A DNA stretch of 64,000 nt from Octopus vulgaris (taxonomy: Eukaryota), in assembly GCA_951406725.2 (NCBI GenBank), contig OX597817.1, positions 80,290,001 through 80,354,000 on the forward strand, written 5' to 3'. Shown here one piece after another: positions 42,068 through 56,594 of the stretch (the first letter of the stretch is position 1; each line of letters opens with the position of its first letter). The position numbers and the translations under genes are program-made. A model generated the notes under the pieces. It worked only from the letters and a program-made list of their open reading frames with translations, was not told where the DNA came from and ran no database searches.

Positions 42068-42610
42068 TCTATCAAACTAACATACTATTCTTAGTTACGT
42101 CTTGCATTCTTATTCTATTCTTCATTCCATTATATATCACAGAGATTTTTTTCCTCTAAGTTCTTTTTCCATTTTTTTTTGTCATGTATAAAAATTTTAT
42201 TTAATTTTTATGTCATATATTTTATTTTTATTTTATATCGTATTATTTGAGTGATTTTGATTTGTTATATGCTGTGTTTGTTTGATTTTGTTTTGTATTG
42301 ATGTTAGTTTTATGTTGTTGTTGTTGTCTTTTTTTATATTTTGGTTCTAACTTAACGTCGTTATTCCAGTGTCTTTAAATATTCCGATCAGCAGCCTTCA
42401 CATCAAATAAGATTTTCAACATTAGAGTGTACAAGTGTTATGTTGTTAAATTAAACTTAAATACATTTGTCTTTATGTCACAGAAATCTAAAGAGGGAAA
42501 TAAATAAATAAATAAATCACAAAGAAATACAAGTATTTCAAACAATGGAATACTCTCACTCTCTGTGTCTCTCTTTCCCTCTCTCACAACTTACACTACA
42601 TACATCTACG

Positions 42611-42660
<50 letters not shown>

Positions 42661-42712
42661 TATATGGATGTATAGATATAGATATATATACACACATATG
42701 TATATATATATA

Positions 42713-42744
<32 letters not shown>

Positions 42745-42786
42745 AATATATGGATGTATAGATATAGATATATATACACACATATG

Positions 42787-42829
<43 letters not shown>

Positions 42830-43088
42830 ATACATATGTATTTAAATATATATATGTATGTATGTATGCATATGTGTGTGTGTGCATATCTGAACACGTA
42901 TGCGTGAGAGGTCTGGTTGAAAGAATGAGAGATAAATAGCTATATAGTTAGACAGAAGATATACATGTATATATATATACATAAGTATATAGATACAGAT
43001 ATGTATGTAAATACATGTTTATGGATATATTTTTATATATGCATTTACATAGAATGGAGGCAGGGTGATATTTTACAGTCTCCTGTTC

Positions 43089-43133
<45 letters not shown>

Positions 43134-43151
43134 TGTGTTTGTGTGTGTATG

Positions 43152-43198
<47 letters not shown>

Positions 43199-43678
43199 TT
43201 GATAGCCAGGCTCACAGACAAACAAGCAAGCAGACTGACAGCTTGATAGTTATAGAGATAGATAGATTGAAAGATACACACGTACACACACACGCACACA
43301 CACACACACACACATAGATGTTTTTAAGTGACAGTCAAATGTAATCGATAATGATTTGGAATTAATTGATGATTCACTCATTTACTCCTCCGTATTTGGC
43401 AGCATGTTACTACGCTCAGTCAGTGAAACTCGTGATGCTTACATATTCATACAAAATTTATATCTGATGTACGATTCTCAGAGGTAATTACTGTGTGGCG
43501 CTCATAACGTATCGATTGCCCATGGTTACTATTTGGCCAAAACAATTTGCTTCTAACTACTGCAAAATAACATCTTATCTGCTTTTTATTGAAGATGCAT
43601 GGCTTAGTGGTTAGGCTGTTCCACTCACTTTGATTCCTGATCAAGAGGTACATTGTGTTCTTGGACAAAACACTTTAT

Positions 43679-43860
43679 TTCATATTGAGTCCCAGCACTT
43701 CACATTGAGTCCCAGTAGTTCACATTGACTCCCAGCACTTCACATTGAGTCCCAGTAGTTCACATGGTCCCAGCACTTCACATTGAGTCCCAGCACTTCA
43801 CATTGAGTCCCAGCACTTCACATTAAGTCCCAACACTTTATATCAAAAAGAGTCCCAGCA
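43679..43860. repeat. 20-bp minisatellite (TTCACATTGAGTCCCAGCAC) about 8 copies, grown from a SINE starting near 43598
   Basis: Read directly; the early units alternate CAGCAC/CAGTAG. Confidence 0.92.
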
Positions 43861-44046
43861 ATATGTGAGAAGTTAATCCTGTTCAATGGGAGACCGTTTT
43901 AATCTCAGTCCATTTTATTCCATGGAAACTGGGTTAAGCTGCAGACTTACGAAATCTCGGGATCAATACAGATTTTCATCTACGTCATATTTTTATTCAT
44001 TGAAATCTTTGACTGCTTTTAGAATCTGGAATTTCTTTGTTCAACA

Positions 44047-44360
44047 TAGTGGTTCTCAACTATTTTTTGTCTATGGATCCCTTTGATTACTATTTTATTC
44101 TGGTGGACTCACATAACCATTCGATGTTTAAAAACTAGCTTTATAGAAACTTCTTTCAATTTGTTTTTCACACATTAACTTGTGTAGGTTGAACTACGTA
44201 AAATATTAGAGAAAGAAACTTAGATGTTTCTTCCAAACTTTTTTTCAGGGGCCTTGAAATTACTATTGTGGATCCCCAATTTACTATTTTCTTGCATGAA
44301 TCCCCACCAAATGTTATATGGACCCTCAGTGGCCATGTGGACACCGGATGAGAACCACTG
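44047..44360. mobile_element. hAT-type MITE
   Basis: TAGTGGTTCTCA...TGAGAACCACTG TIRs; imperfect 8-bp TSD GTTCAACA/GTCTAACA. Confidence 0.82.
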
Positions 44361-44469
44361 GTCTAACACAACTTATTTTTCATACCGATTATGTATGAGA
44401 TCCTTTTGTCTATATCCTTTGATGTTATCACGGCACTTTCAGATCTGCGGCCCCTCAGTTGGTTTCAAA

Positions 44470-44960
44470 TGCAGACACAAGGCCAGCAATTTCTGGGGAC
44501 GACGTGCGCCGATTACATCGATCCCCAACGCCCAACTGGAACTTATTTTATCGATCCCGAAAGGATAAAAGGCAGAGTGGACCTCGAAGGAATTTGAACT
44601 CAGAATGTGAAGCTGGACGAAATGCCGCTAAGCATTTTGTTCGGCGTGCTGACAATTTTGCCAGCTCGCCGCCTTCCCATTGCAATTAATATTGCAGTAT
44701 TCTAGGTATGTATAATCATTTGATAACTTTTTTCGTCTTGCATTATTTGATTGTTCGATTAATAGTGTAATATATTTCTTTACTACCCACAAGGAGCTAA
44801 ACACAGAGGGGACAAACAAGGACAGACAAAGGGATTAAGCCGATTACATCGACCCCAGTGTGCAACTGGTACTTAGTTTATCGACCCCCGAAAGGATGAA
44901 AGGCAAAGTCAACCTCGGCGGAATTTGAACTCAGAACGTAACGGCAGACGAAATACGGTA
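44470..44960 (-). mobile_element. Two SINE family A copies (44470-44673, 44780-44960)
   Basis: Similarity to the family A copies. Confidence 0.8.
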
Positions 44961-45150
44961 ATTTATTTTTAATAACTGTAAAGTGGAACTTTTAAAAAAA
45001 TGGGATACCCATTCTAATATTCTGAAGTATTACTGATAGTTTGCAATATATCTAAAAGTTTGGAGATATATATATATATGACCCTAATGCTCTGAATTTA
45101 GCGTGTAGTTGTGTGTTTAAGATGATTGCTTCCCAATCATGTGGTCTTGG

Positions 45151-45365
45151 ACGGCAAGCTAACAGAATCGTTAGCAAGCCGGTCAAAATGCTTAGCGGCA
45201 TTTCGTCCAACTGCATGTTCTGAGTTCAAATTCCGACGAGGTCGACTTTGCCTTTCATCCTTTTGGGGTCATTAAATGAAGTACCTGTTGAACCCTGCTG
45301 TCGATGTAATCGACTAATTCCCGCCCCCACAATCTCAGGCCTTCTGCCTTTATAAGAAAGGATAA
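45151..45365 (+). mobile_element. SINE family A
   Basis: Head, core and tail all present. Confidence 0.8.
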
Positions 45366-45868
45366 ATATGCTGAATTCACTGTAAGTACATGAAGACAGA
45401 TAGGTCTTTTTTTTAAATTTTACAGCTGTAAGTGTCAAGCTCAAGTCGTTCCAGTCATACAGTTTTTCTATATGCTGGAGCTGATTAAGTAACAGTAAAA
45501 TATAAATTGAATGCATTTGGTTGGCGATCATATAACATAAACGTATTTTGTGCTTGAGCATATGTGCGCGTATTTATATATGTGTTTGCCCGTGTGTGTA
45601 TATACGCTAGTGTCTAAGTATGAGTCTGTGTAAAATTGGAAATACAGTCAACAGTGAAGCGATAGATGCGTAGTTCAAATCCAGTCGGTGAGTATATTCC
45701 ATTTTCTTCTTCAAATTCATGCTTATAATATGAAATGTGACTTTACATTCGCTCACACACACATACACACACATACACATACACGCACAAATACACATAT
45801 ATGTGTGTGTATATATATATATGTGTGTGTTTGTGTGTGTGTGTGTGCGTATGTATTTATACATATAT

Positions 45869-45949
<81 letters not shown>

Positions 45950-48093
45950 GATAGAGATATATGAGAGAGATGTGTTAATGCTTTTATGTATGCGTAGCAT
46001 CCAAATGTTTAATCATATGTACGTGCACGCTCGCATGTGTGTGTGTATGTGTATGTCTTAGAACATCTTAGAAGTTCAGCAGAAACAATGTAAGAGATTA
46101 GTTATTGCTTATCCCTGACACATATTTTACAACCTATCTATCTGGAATGTAAGGGAAAGATACACAATGGCACCAGTTTCAACACGTATCTTCACTTGTC
46201 ATTTTAACATTTTCTTTCATGTCGGAGTAACAATCTAGCTGAACTTAGTTGATTAATTGGCAACAAAGATGCTGGCAGAATTCTCTTTGAAAAGATCCAA
46301 CTGTAAATTTCGGCCTACGTAAAACTTCATCAACACTCTATTAACGGTAAAATTTTTCATCAAATGTTGTTTTGATTCCCAGCCAAAATTCTAACACCAA
46401 TTCCAAAACTAACTTGAAGAAAGTTTTAAAGAGTTTATATATAGACAGCAGGCATGAGGTGAATCATACTTAAGGTTAAAGTTTTAAAAACCCCAGTTAA
46501 GCAGTAAACTTATCATATGGATTTCTGCCCATATACACAAACATACAAATCAATGTGCAACAGGGAACTAGTTCAACGCCTGCCAAGAAGTGCCAACGTT
46601 TGACCAACAAAAGCTGACACTGAAGAAACAGAAAACATCATCAGACCATCCCATCCGCTGTATACTGTTATCCTTCAATTACTATTTGCCATTTTGTCGT
46701 AAGTATAAAAGGTAATTGTCTAATTATGGTAGATCAGTGGTAAAGTACATGACTTGGGAGTTTTCAGAAGATTTACCAATTTTCCGAATAACTTGTTTAA
46801 AGAATTTAAAAAATTCTTAATACTTTGGGACATGGCTAACAGCTATTATTTCTCTGTGAAATGTAATAATGAACCCAATTATTTCGTGTATCAAATTTCT
46901 TCATTGTATATTAAATAATCCAGACAATAAGACATTTGGGAATCTGGAGTTATCATTCGTTTGACTGGAAAGATTTTGAAAGATTAAAGATGTTAGTGCA
47001 ATTTTCAGGTAATTATAATTAACCCCAGCATATGACTGGTACTGATTTCTGCTTACTTCGTAAAGATGAAATAAAAGCCAAACAAACAAAGAGACGTTAA
47101 ATATATAGGTTTTAACCCACCACTCTGGGAATTATGTAAATTCTTTGTTATGTCAATGTGTTTTCTTTTGAACGACCATTGTTAATCTGTGCCTTGTTAA
47201 TCTCGTATAAACACTTCCTATGTTTGTAACACAAATGAAAACCACTGAATTAATTTATATTCATATCTTATTTAATTATGAGTAAACGGGGGATCCTCTA
47301 CATTGAAGCTCAACTTACTAAGAATAACAACTAAAAATATTTCAATTCACACACTGCTCTTTAAACAAGAAAAGCAAAATAATGTTCTCCAGAAATTTTA
47401 AAAAGACCAGTTGCACATGGTTGGAAAGTCTTCAATCATACTTACAGTCACTCGGTAGTGACTATGGGTTAAATAAACGATTAGAACAGTGTATGCTTTC
47501 TATTATCTCATTCGAATAATTTATGCAGAACAGTTGGCTGTATCATCAAATATCACCTATATACAGTTTCTAATATCAGACTTGAGTGTGTAAAGTTTTT
47601 TTTTTACTTAAAATCCAGATCAGTACAGGTTAGATTCCAAAAACAGCTGAAAAGGGAAAACGAAAAATAGTGCATAGGTTAGAGAATTCTAGAACGGATT
47701 AAACTCATTCTCATCAATAAAATTATTTATTTTGAAAATTGTCTTCCAGAATTTGGATATATTGTTATTATGGTTATTTAGTCTCCAGCCAAGTCTGTAT
47801 GCACAGAAATACGACAGAAAGGGTTTGAGTGGTGACCATCAGTAACTACATTTCCAGTGGGTCCTTCTTTATGGACCTGGAACTATGTGGTTGAGAACAA
47901 GCCTCTTACGACACAGCAACGCCTGCACCTATATACATACATGTGTGTGTGTGTGTGTTTGTGTGTGTGCGTGTTTAGTAGTGTATTTATGTACGTATGT
48001 ATATAGTGAGAGATAGACACATGCAGAAAAACTTGTATATGTACACAAATATAAACACGCAGATCCACGCATGTATGTATGTATGTTTGAATG

Positions 48094-48127
<34 letters not shown>

Positions 48128-48199
48128 TGTATGTATGTACGTATGTATGTATGTATGTATGTATGTATGTATGTATGTTTGTATGTATATATATAAATA

Positions 48200-48500
48200 T
48201 AAAATGGAGCAAAAACGCAACAGAGGACATTAAAACGTTCGAACAGATAGATAAGAGAAACAACAATTAGAAGGACAGGCCAAAAAAAGACGGCTCATTC
48301 TTGGCTTCCTTTCATCAGTCCAGTACCAGAAGTCATGACCATTTCGGACAGTTACACTTGAGATGATTTGATTTGGTTGTCCCCCCACCCCACCAAAAAA
48401 AAAGTATAAGCTAAGATCATTAGACCCCTTTGTAACAAAGCTAGCGAATGTGTACGGCAACAAAGACGTTAAAAAACACAAGCAAACAAAAACAAACAAA
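48200..48500 (-). mobile_element. Non-coding dispersed repeat related to 52638-53200, microsatellite-flanked
   Basis: Shared blocks (TCATTC..CTTTCNTCAGTC..CCAGA..ATTTCGG..GTTA.ACT.GAGAT; AGCTAA..TAGA..AACAAAGACG). Confidence 0.6.
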
Positions 48501-49495
48501 CACGACAAATGTATTATGTACCTACATGCATACATACATACATAACAATCTATTTGATGTCTAAATCCCAGTGAAATAGGTTTGATTCTGGACTGATTAA
48601 AAGTTTTTCAGCCATGAATAATTACATTATTTGGGAACATATATCTTGTGAAATGTATAAAACATACGTTCTTTTAGTTGAAATATGATTTGATGGAGAT
48701 TTGACGGCTATTAGTAACACATCGACTAACCATGCGTAGTAACCATCCTTACGTCGATTGTCATCGTTTTTGTTGCCATCATCATACTCTCTTCATCGAC
48801 TTCAGTCTCTGCTTCACTTACTCTTTTCCACTGTTTCTTGCTCTCCTTCAGAGACTTCAGTCTCTGTTTCACTAATTTTTTCCACTGTTTATACCTCCCC
48901 GCTTCCAAACATACACATGCACCTTTAAAATGTTTCCCTATTCAGTTTCTTTGCTTCATTGCAAAACAATTGTGTAACAAACGCTATATTTATACAACTT
49001 TCCTAAAATTTCCGTAAATAAATTTACATAGAACAGGCACCAGAAGAGTAGTACAGATTTTTTCTTTTTCTAAATGATCAAACACGTGAACAACAGCAAC
49101 AACAATAACACAAATGGTAACAATAACATTACTAAAACCAACTTTTTTCAAAATGGCAACATTAATGAATTAAAAAAAAGAAATGAACAAATAAAAGATA
49201 TAAAATATTGATCAGTTTCGTTTGGTTTATTATTAACATTTTTTTTACATTTTTTTTTTTGAAATAATATCTATGTATTATTTGTGTGGGGCGGTTTGTT
49301 AAATGTTTATTTTTTAATTTCATTGAAATAAAGCGTTTTTTAAAAAAAATGTTGTTGAATAACATATTAAAATATTTGGAAACAACAAAAATAACGTTAT
49401 AATCAAACACAACACCACAAACAATAACAGCCACCAAAAGTTTCGCCATTGCTAAAATAAACAACAATAACCATAATAATAACAACAACAACAAC

Positions 49496-49533
<38 letters not shown>

Positions 49534-49999
49534 TAATAATAATAATAATGATAATAACAACAATAACAACAATGAGATATGATGTATAACATTTTTAAAT
49601 GACTACAAAAACCCCATCAAAAGAATCTAATATAAAATAACAATGAATAAATAACAAAACAATATACCAAAAAAATGAGAAAACAAACCTTGTTTCCACC
49701 CTTCATCAGTCCTCTTTATTTAATTCTATTTTTCATTACAGGTATTTATCCCTTTACAATTTCAAAGTTCAAATGAATAATAAGTTGTAAACTTCCACGG
49801 ATGCGATGAATCCATCTAAATTACAAATAAATCGGTATTGTCATTTCCGTCAAAGTAAATTTGCGATATTTAAATTTTGAAATATATTTCAATTTTTATT
49901 TATTTATTTATTTGTTTATTCATTCATTCATTTATTCATTTATTTTGCTATTCGAAATTCAACTTGTTTTCTGTAAAATTCTACATGACTCTATATCAC

Positions 50000-50065
<66 letters not shown>

Positions 50066-50661
50066 CATCATCATCATCTTCATCATCGTCGTCATCGTCG
50101 TCATCATCATCATCATCATCAAATATTAATAACTGTGTTTGGTTTATTTACGGACTATTTCAAAAATTCAATTTCGGCCTTTTATTTTTATTCTAACAAC
50201 AGAGTTCGATGAAGAAAAAAGCAGCAAAAAACAAAAACAAAAGCAAATACACTACAGAGACAAAAGAAACATAACACCAGTACGTGATTATTTTTTGAAT
50301 TTAAATACATTCGTTACATTTTTTTTATATTTTTTTTATGTTTCATATCACATTCTCTCCCTAGTTCGTGTTATTTGTTTAATGTATTAATGCTTTTCCG
50401 GTTTTGGTTAAGTTCGATTTCCTACCTGTTGTTGTTTATTTCTGCGTGTGTATATATGTATATATACATCTTTATATATATATATATATTTATGCCTATA
50501 TATAAACATATGCATACATGAACATATATCTATATTCACATATGCATACATATGCATATCTGTATATATATATATATACATATATATACGATGAAACGGA
50601 AAATAAGGGTAAACTGAATATATATAAATCTATATCTAAAACCATATCTACATCTTTGTCC

Positions 50662-50729
<68 letters not shown>

Positions 50730-51184
50730 ACATATAGTGACAAAAGCTTAAATAAACAGAGAAAGAGAGAAGAAAATGTCGTGCTGAGATGGTTAACGAA
50801 CATTCCATTAACAACATTAGCACAACATGTGCATAAGTATATACGCGCGTATACATCGAAACATAAACATTTACATTATCAGATTATAGAAATTTTAAAT
50901 TATTATTTACTAATAATAATATTATTATGAATAATGAGTCAAATATTTAGATTTTGTTTCATATTTATTTTAATGTGATAATGTAAACGTACATAATGAG
51001 AATATATTTTGTAAACATACATGCTAGTGTGTTGGATATTGGCATATGCATACATGTATAAACACTTAGGCAAGTGCGTGCGCATATATTCCTATGCGTA
51101 TATGCCTGTGTATGTATATACATGGAAATGTTCATATATTCTTCATGTATGTATATATATATATATATAAACACATATATATAC

Positions 51185-51241
<57 letters not shown>

Positions 51242-51292
51242 TATACATATGTATACATATAGTTGTATTTACACGTGTCTGAGTGTATATTT

Positions 51293-51341
<49 letters not shown>

Positions 51342-51410
51342 GAGAGAGAGAGAGAGGGGGAGAGAGACAGACAGACAGACTCACAAACAGATAGAGATAG
51401 ATAGAGAGAG

Positions 51411-51539
<129 letters not shown>

Positions 51540-52478
51540 TTGTGCTTGTAGTTTTCTGAAATATTGTTTTACGTGTTACAACGTAATTTTTATAGCATTT
51601 AGCTCATGTCTCTTGCTACATTCACACATGCAGAGAATCACACATACACCACACATACACGCTCACATGCATGCATTCACATGCTCACCCATCTGCACAA
51701 AAGCAGACATAGAAACCTGCCCACTGTGCGCAAACAAAAAAAACAGTGAAACACGAACTACAAACATAGAAATAGACGAACTAACACGCATACGAACACA
51801 CAGAAATGATAAATCACTATTATATAGATCGCATAACTTTTTCACCGAATTTCTTTCTGTCAATGGAACCAATATGCATCCATTCATATTTTTTACTCCA
51901 TTATTACCTTATTTGTTGTGAAGAAATAAAAAAGAACAGCTTCTATTGGTCCAAATCAAAGAGGATACTAATTCTATGACGATTCTCTTCAGTCTGCGGT
52001 CAGAATATGAAAAAAAAAGAAAAATGTGTTAGAAAGCAAGGACTTTTTTCTAATATTTGTATGTTTTCGTTTAATTACAATTCACCGAATATCTGTTTGC
52101 TTCATAGAAGTGTGAATGTTATATACACAAGAAGGATAAAACAATATTTGTAACTCCTCACACTTTACTACGAATTTCAAGATGCTTATTTATTTTAAAA
52201 AGTTTATCACTGTATAAAATGTATAATGTATATATCTCAGTTTATGTCTTGCTAACATTTTTTAAGAAGATTGAAATGCTGCTATGTATAATTACCAAAT
52301 AACAGAAATTATTAAATGCTCGTAATAAGTAAACGGGAAATATGTGTATATTCTATGTAGCTCCTTCCTTCCTTAATTTCAGTCCTTCTAAATACATATA
52401 TGATCCTTCCAACTATATATATATTACACACACACATACACATATATATATATATAAAAAACATGTATGCATATATAT

Positions 52479-52516
<38 letters not shown>

Positions 52517-52528
52517 CATAAATACATA

Positions 52529-53200
<672 letters not shown>

Positions 53201-54322
53201 GAGAGAGAGAGAGAATGAAAGAACGAAGAGTAGAATGAAAGAAGTAAGTGTGAAAGGGCGGATAGAAAGAAAGAATGAATGAAAGAATAGAAAAAAATAA
53301 TAGAGTCGTACAAAATTTATATATATATATATATATACTTACATATAAGAGACCAAAGTGTACGTACGCCAACGCCGAACATCAAGACATTTAGGTGATA
53401 AAAAAAAGAGACAACAAAACATCCAGACAGATGATACAAAGAAAACAAGGACGGGTCATTCGGAGTTTTCTTTCCTCAGTCGAGTTCCAGATTATCTTTG
53501 CAAGTTGTCCAAGCCAAGCTGGATAAACAATAATAATAATACTTAGAGGTACTATTTCTACTGCTAAGACCACTATTACTAACAACAACAAGAATACTAA
53601 ATGTTCTCATGATCACAATAACAAGAAAATACTACCTAAGTCAAGAGAAAATAATCTTATATAGGGTTTAAAGTTCTATTAGCACAGCTACTCCTACCAT
53701 TACCACCAACGACAACAATAAGAAAGGTGGTGATAATGGTGATGAGGATAGCTGAAAATTAGCCAAACAATTACTGTTTTGGCCAAGGTCAAAATACAGC
53801 TATTTTGACGTGTTCAACAAACCGTGACGCCTAAAACCAACACCAATCAACTTAAGTAATTTAGTAAAGTCACACACTGATTGGTCAGAATACAGTTTGC
53901 AAAACCTAACATTCAGGAGCCTATACAAATGTATTTAAGGGACTCATTTTAGCCATCTCACTACAGTTGTAAATTGTAAAACATAACTGTCACCACTAAT
54001 ATATGAATCTGAAAATTGCATAGCTTAATGCATGAAAGTACTAGTTCAGTCAGAATGGACATTTAATATTCTATCATTTCATTATATTATATTATCTTAC
54101 TCTTTTACTCTTTTACTTGTTTCAGTCATTTGACAGTGGCCTTGCTGGAGCACCGTCTTTAGTCGACCAAATTGACCCGAGGACTTATCCTTTGTAAGCC
54201 TAGTACTTATTCTATTGGGATCTTTTCCCTAACCGCTAATTTACGGGGACATAAACACACCAGCATCGGTTATCAAGCGATGTTGGGGGAGGACAAACAC
54301 ACACTCACAAACACACACACAC

Positions 54323-54396
<74 letters not shown>

Positions 54397-54587
54397 GTAT
54401 ATGTATATATATATATAAATAATAGTTATCGCCATACTAATATGGCATTCTTATAAAAATAAGAAAAAAGCTGTCCGCTTATTAGCTCCATGAGGCCATC
54501 GCCTTAAGTTAGCTATTTGATACACAAACTGTATCCATATAACCTTCGAACAAGGGAGGTCAGTCGCTCCACACTACTTGACCGGCA

Positions 54588-54628
54588 GCTACAGACACGT
54601 TTCGGGGTATTGCCCTTTTCAATGCAGC
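54588..54628 (-). ncRNA. Hammerhead motif, left-arm copy (one G missing from stem II, stem III ACGTGT)
   Basis: GCTGCA-TTGAAAA-GGGCAATACCCC-GAAA-CGTG-TC-TGTAGC. Confidence 0.65.
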
Positions 54629-55049
54629 GTAGCCAGCCAGTAGGTGTCGCTTCCGACAATCTCTGTTCGATGGTTTTATTTACCTAGTTTCGGTGGAATA
54701 CATCCACTTGTTTTCAATAATAGAAATATTAAAATAACTAAGTCTCTCTAAAAGAGAACAGCGGCAGCGTTCCCGGAAAATAATAGTTATCGCCATACTA
54801 ATATGGCATTCTTATAAAAGTAATCATGGAGCTAATAAGCGGACAGCTTTTTTCTTATTTTTATAAGAATGCCATATTAGTATGGCGATAACTATTATTT
54901 TCCGGGAACGCTGCCGCTGTTCTCTTTTAGAGAGACTTAGTTATTTTAAGATTTCTATTATTGAAAACAAGTGGATGTATTCCACCGAAACTAGGTAAAT
55001 AAAACCATCGAACAGAGATTGTCGGAAGCGACACCTACTGGCTGGCTAC

Positions 55050-55091
55050 GCTGCATTGAAAAGGGGCAATACCCCGAAACGCGTCTGTAGC
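55050..55091 (+). ncRNA. Type I hammerhead ribozyme with U3-A8 covariant core
   Basis: GCTGCA-TTGAAAA-GGGG(CAATA)CCCC-GAAA-CGCG-TC-TGTAGC; stem I extendable by ACTGGC(55037)/GCCGGT(55093); predicted cleavage after 55085. Confidence 0.82.
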
Positions 55092-55317
55092 TGCCGGTCA
55101 AGTAGTGTGGAGCGACTGACCTCCCTTGTTCGAAGGTTATATGGATACAGTTTGTGTATCAAATAGCTAACTTAAGGCGATGGCCTCATGGAGCTAATAA
55201 GCGGACAGCTTTTTTCTTATTTTTATAAGAATGCCATATTAGTATGGCGATAACTATTATTTTCCGGGAACGCTGCCGCTGTTCTCTTTTAGAGAAACTT
55301 AGTTATTTTAATATTTC

Positions 55318-55355
<38 letters not shown>

Positions 55356-55362
55356 GTATATT

Positions 55363-55393
<31 letters not shown>

Positions 55394-55420
55394 GTATATA
55401 TATATATGTATATATATATA

Positions 55421-55475
<55 letters not shown>

Positions 55476-55712
55476 GACGGGTTTCTTTCAGTTTCCGTCT
55501 ACTAAATCCACTCACAAGGCTTTGGTCGGCCCGAGGCTATAGTAGAAGACACTTGGGCCATTAAAATAAACACACCAGATTGCTCATTTACAAAGTCATG
55601 TAATAGAGAAAAATGGCAAGAAAGACGCAGAGAATAAGGGAAAAATAAAAAATATAAAAGTAAACAAAGAAAATAAACTAGAAAAAGGGAATTATAATAA
55701 TAATAATAATTA

Positions 55713-55755
<43 letters not shown>

Positions 55756-55789
55756 TATTATCATCATTATTATTATTATTATCATTATT

Positions 55790-56468
55790 TACTTTTAATC
55801 AGCATGCTTGTTACAATCACTCGCCGAGACACACCCAGCGTCCTAGGGCGAATGAAGGATAAGAGATGTTACAGTACGACTGACAGCTTGGGGGGCAAGT
55901 AGCAGGGGTAGTAGCAAAATATCTTCATGTAATACAACACATACATTTGAATTGATAGGGTTTTTCTAAGGATGTGGGCAATACTTGTCAGCGCGATTTT
56001 GGGGATTTCTCTGAGATATGGTTCTCCTGGGATATTATCTAGATGTTTTTGACATCCCTTTCTGATCAAACGAAGGGCAACCGCAATAACAGGAACAGTT
56101 CTCGCTTTAAGGTGCCACATTTTTTGTGTTTCTATTTCCAGATGTTTATATTTACTTAGTTTGTCAAATTCCTTTACAGATATATTTTTATCAGTAAGAA
56201 CGCTTGCATTTATTAGTCTACAAGTATTTTCTTCTCTGTCTTTAATGACTATATCTGGTTGCTTAGCCTAGGCTGCTCTGTTGGTTTTGACTGAAAAATT
56301 CCAGAGGATGTGACATTTTTACCATTAGCGACTGGCTCATGGTGATGTTCATACCAGCAAGCAGGAGTGTTGATTTTGTAGTGTTTCCTACAAAATTGTG
56401 GAGACTTTTGAATTCGTTTGCTGTCAGCACAGGACTTCCCGAGACGAGGTGGACTATTGTTTCGTCAA

Positions 56469-56471
<3 letters not shown>
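55790..56471 (-). mobile_element. 5'-truncated R4/Dong LINE (zinc knuckle plus RLE) inserted in (TAA)n
   Basis: ETIVHLVSGSPVLTANEF, ILWNF...QPDIVIKD...DKNISVKEFDKLSKYKHL...MWHL, IAHILRKTL; (TAA)n on its own strand at both ends. Confidence 0.9.
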
Positions 56472-56555
<84 letters not shown>

Positions 56556-56594
56556 CATCGTTGTTATTATCATTATTATTAATATTATTAATTA

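Larger units (their letters stand above)
54418..55323. mobile_element. Retrozyme-like element: two inverted arms, each more than one copy of a ~361-nt monomer
   Basis: AATAGTTATCGCC at 54421 and 54782 (period 361); CATGGAGCTAATAAGC at 54825 and 55187 (period 362); the arms are near-perfect reverse complements. Confidence 0.92.
54100..55557 (-). mobile_element. SINE family C interrupted by a 0.9-kb insert in its internal (TA)n
   Basis: Tail at 54100-54300 and head-side block at 55475-55557 are colinear with 20770-21272. Confidence 0.85.

Noticed and set aside
43679-43860. CRISPR-like regular repeat
   Set aside because: Units are contiguous with no unique spacers, the context is eukaryotic, and no cas genes are present.
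46545-46620. Peptide QGTSSTPAKKCQRL reminiscent of a collagen C-propeptide start
   Set aside because: Short, followed by a stop, and without convincing splice context.
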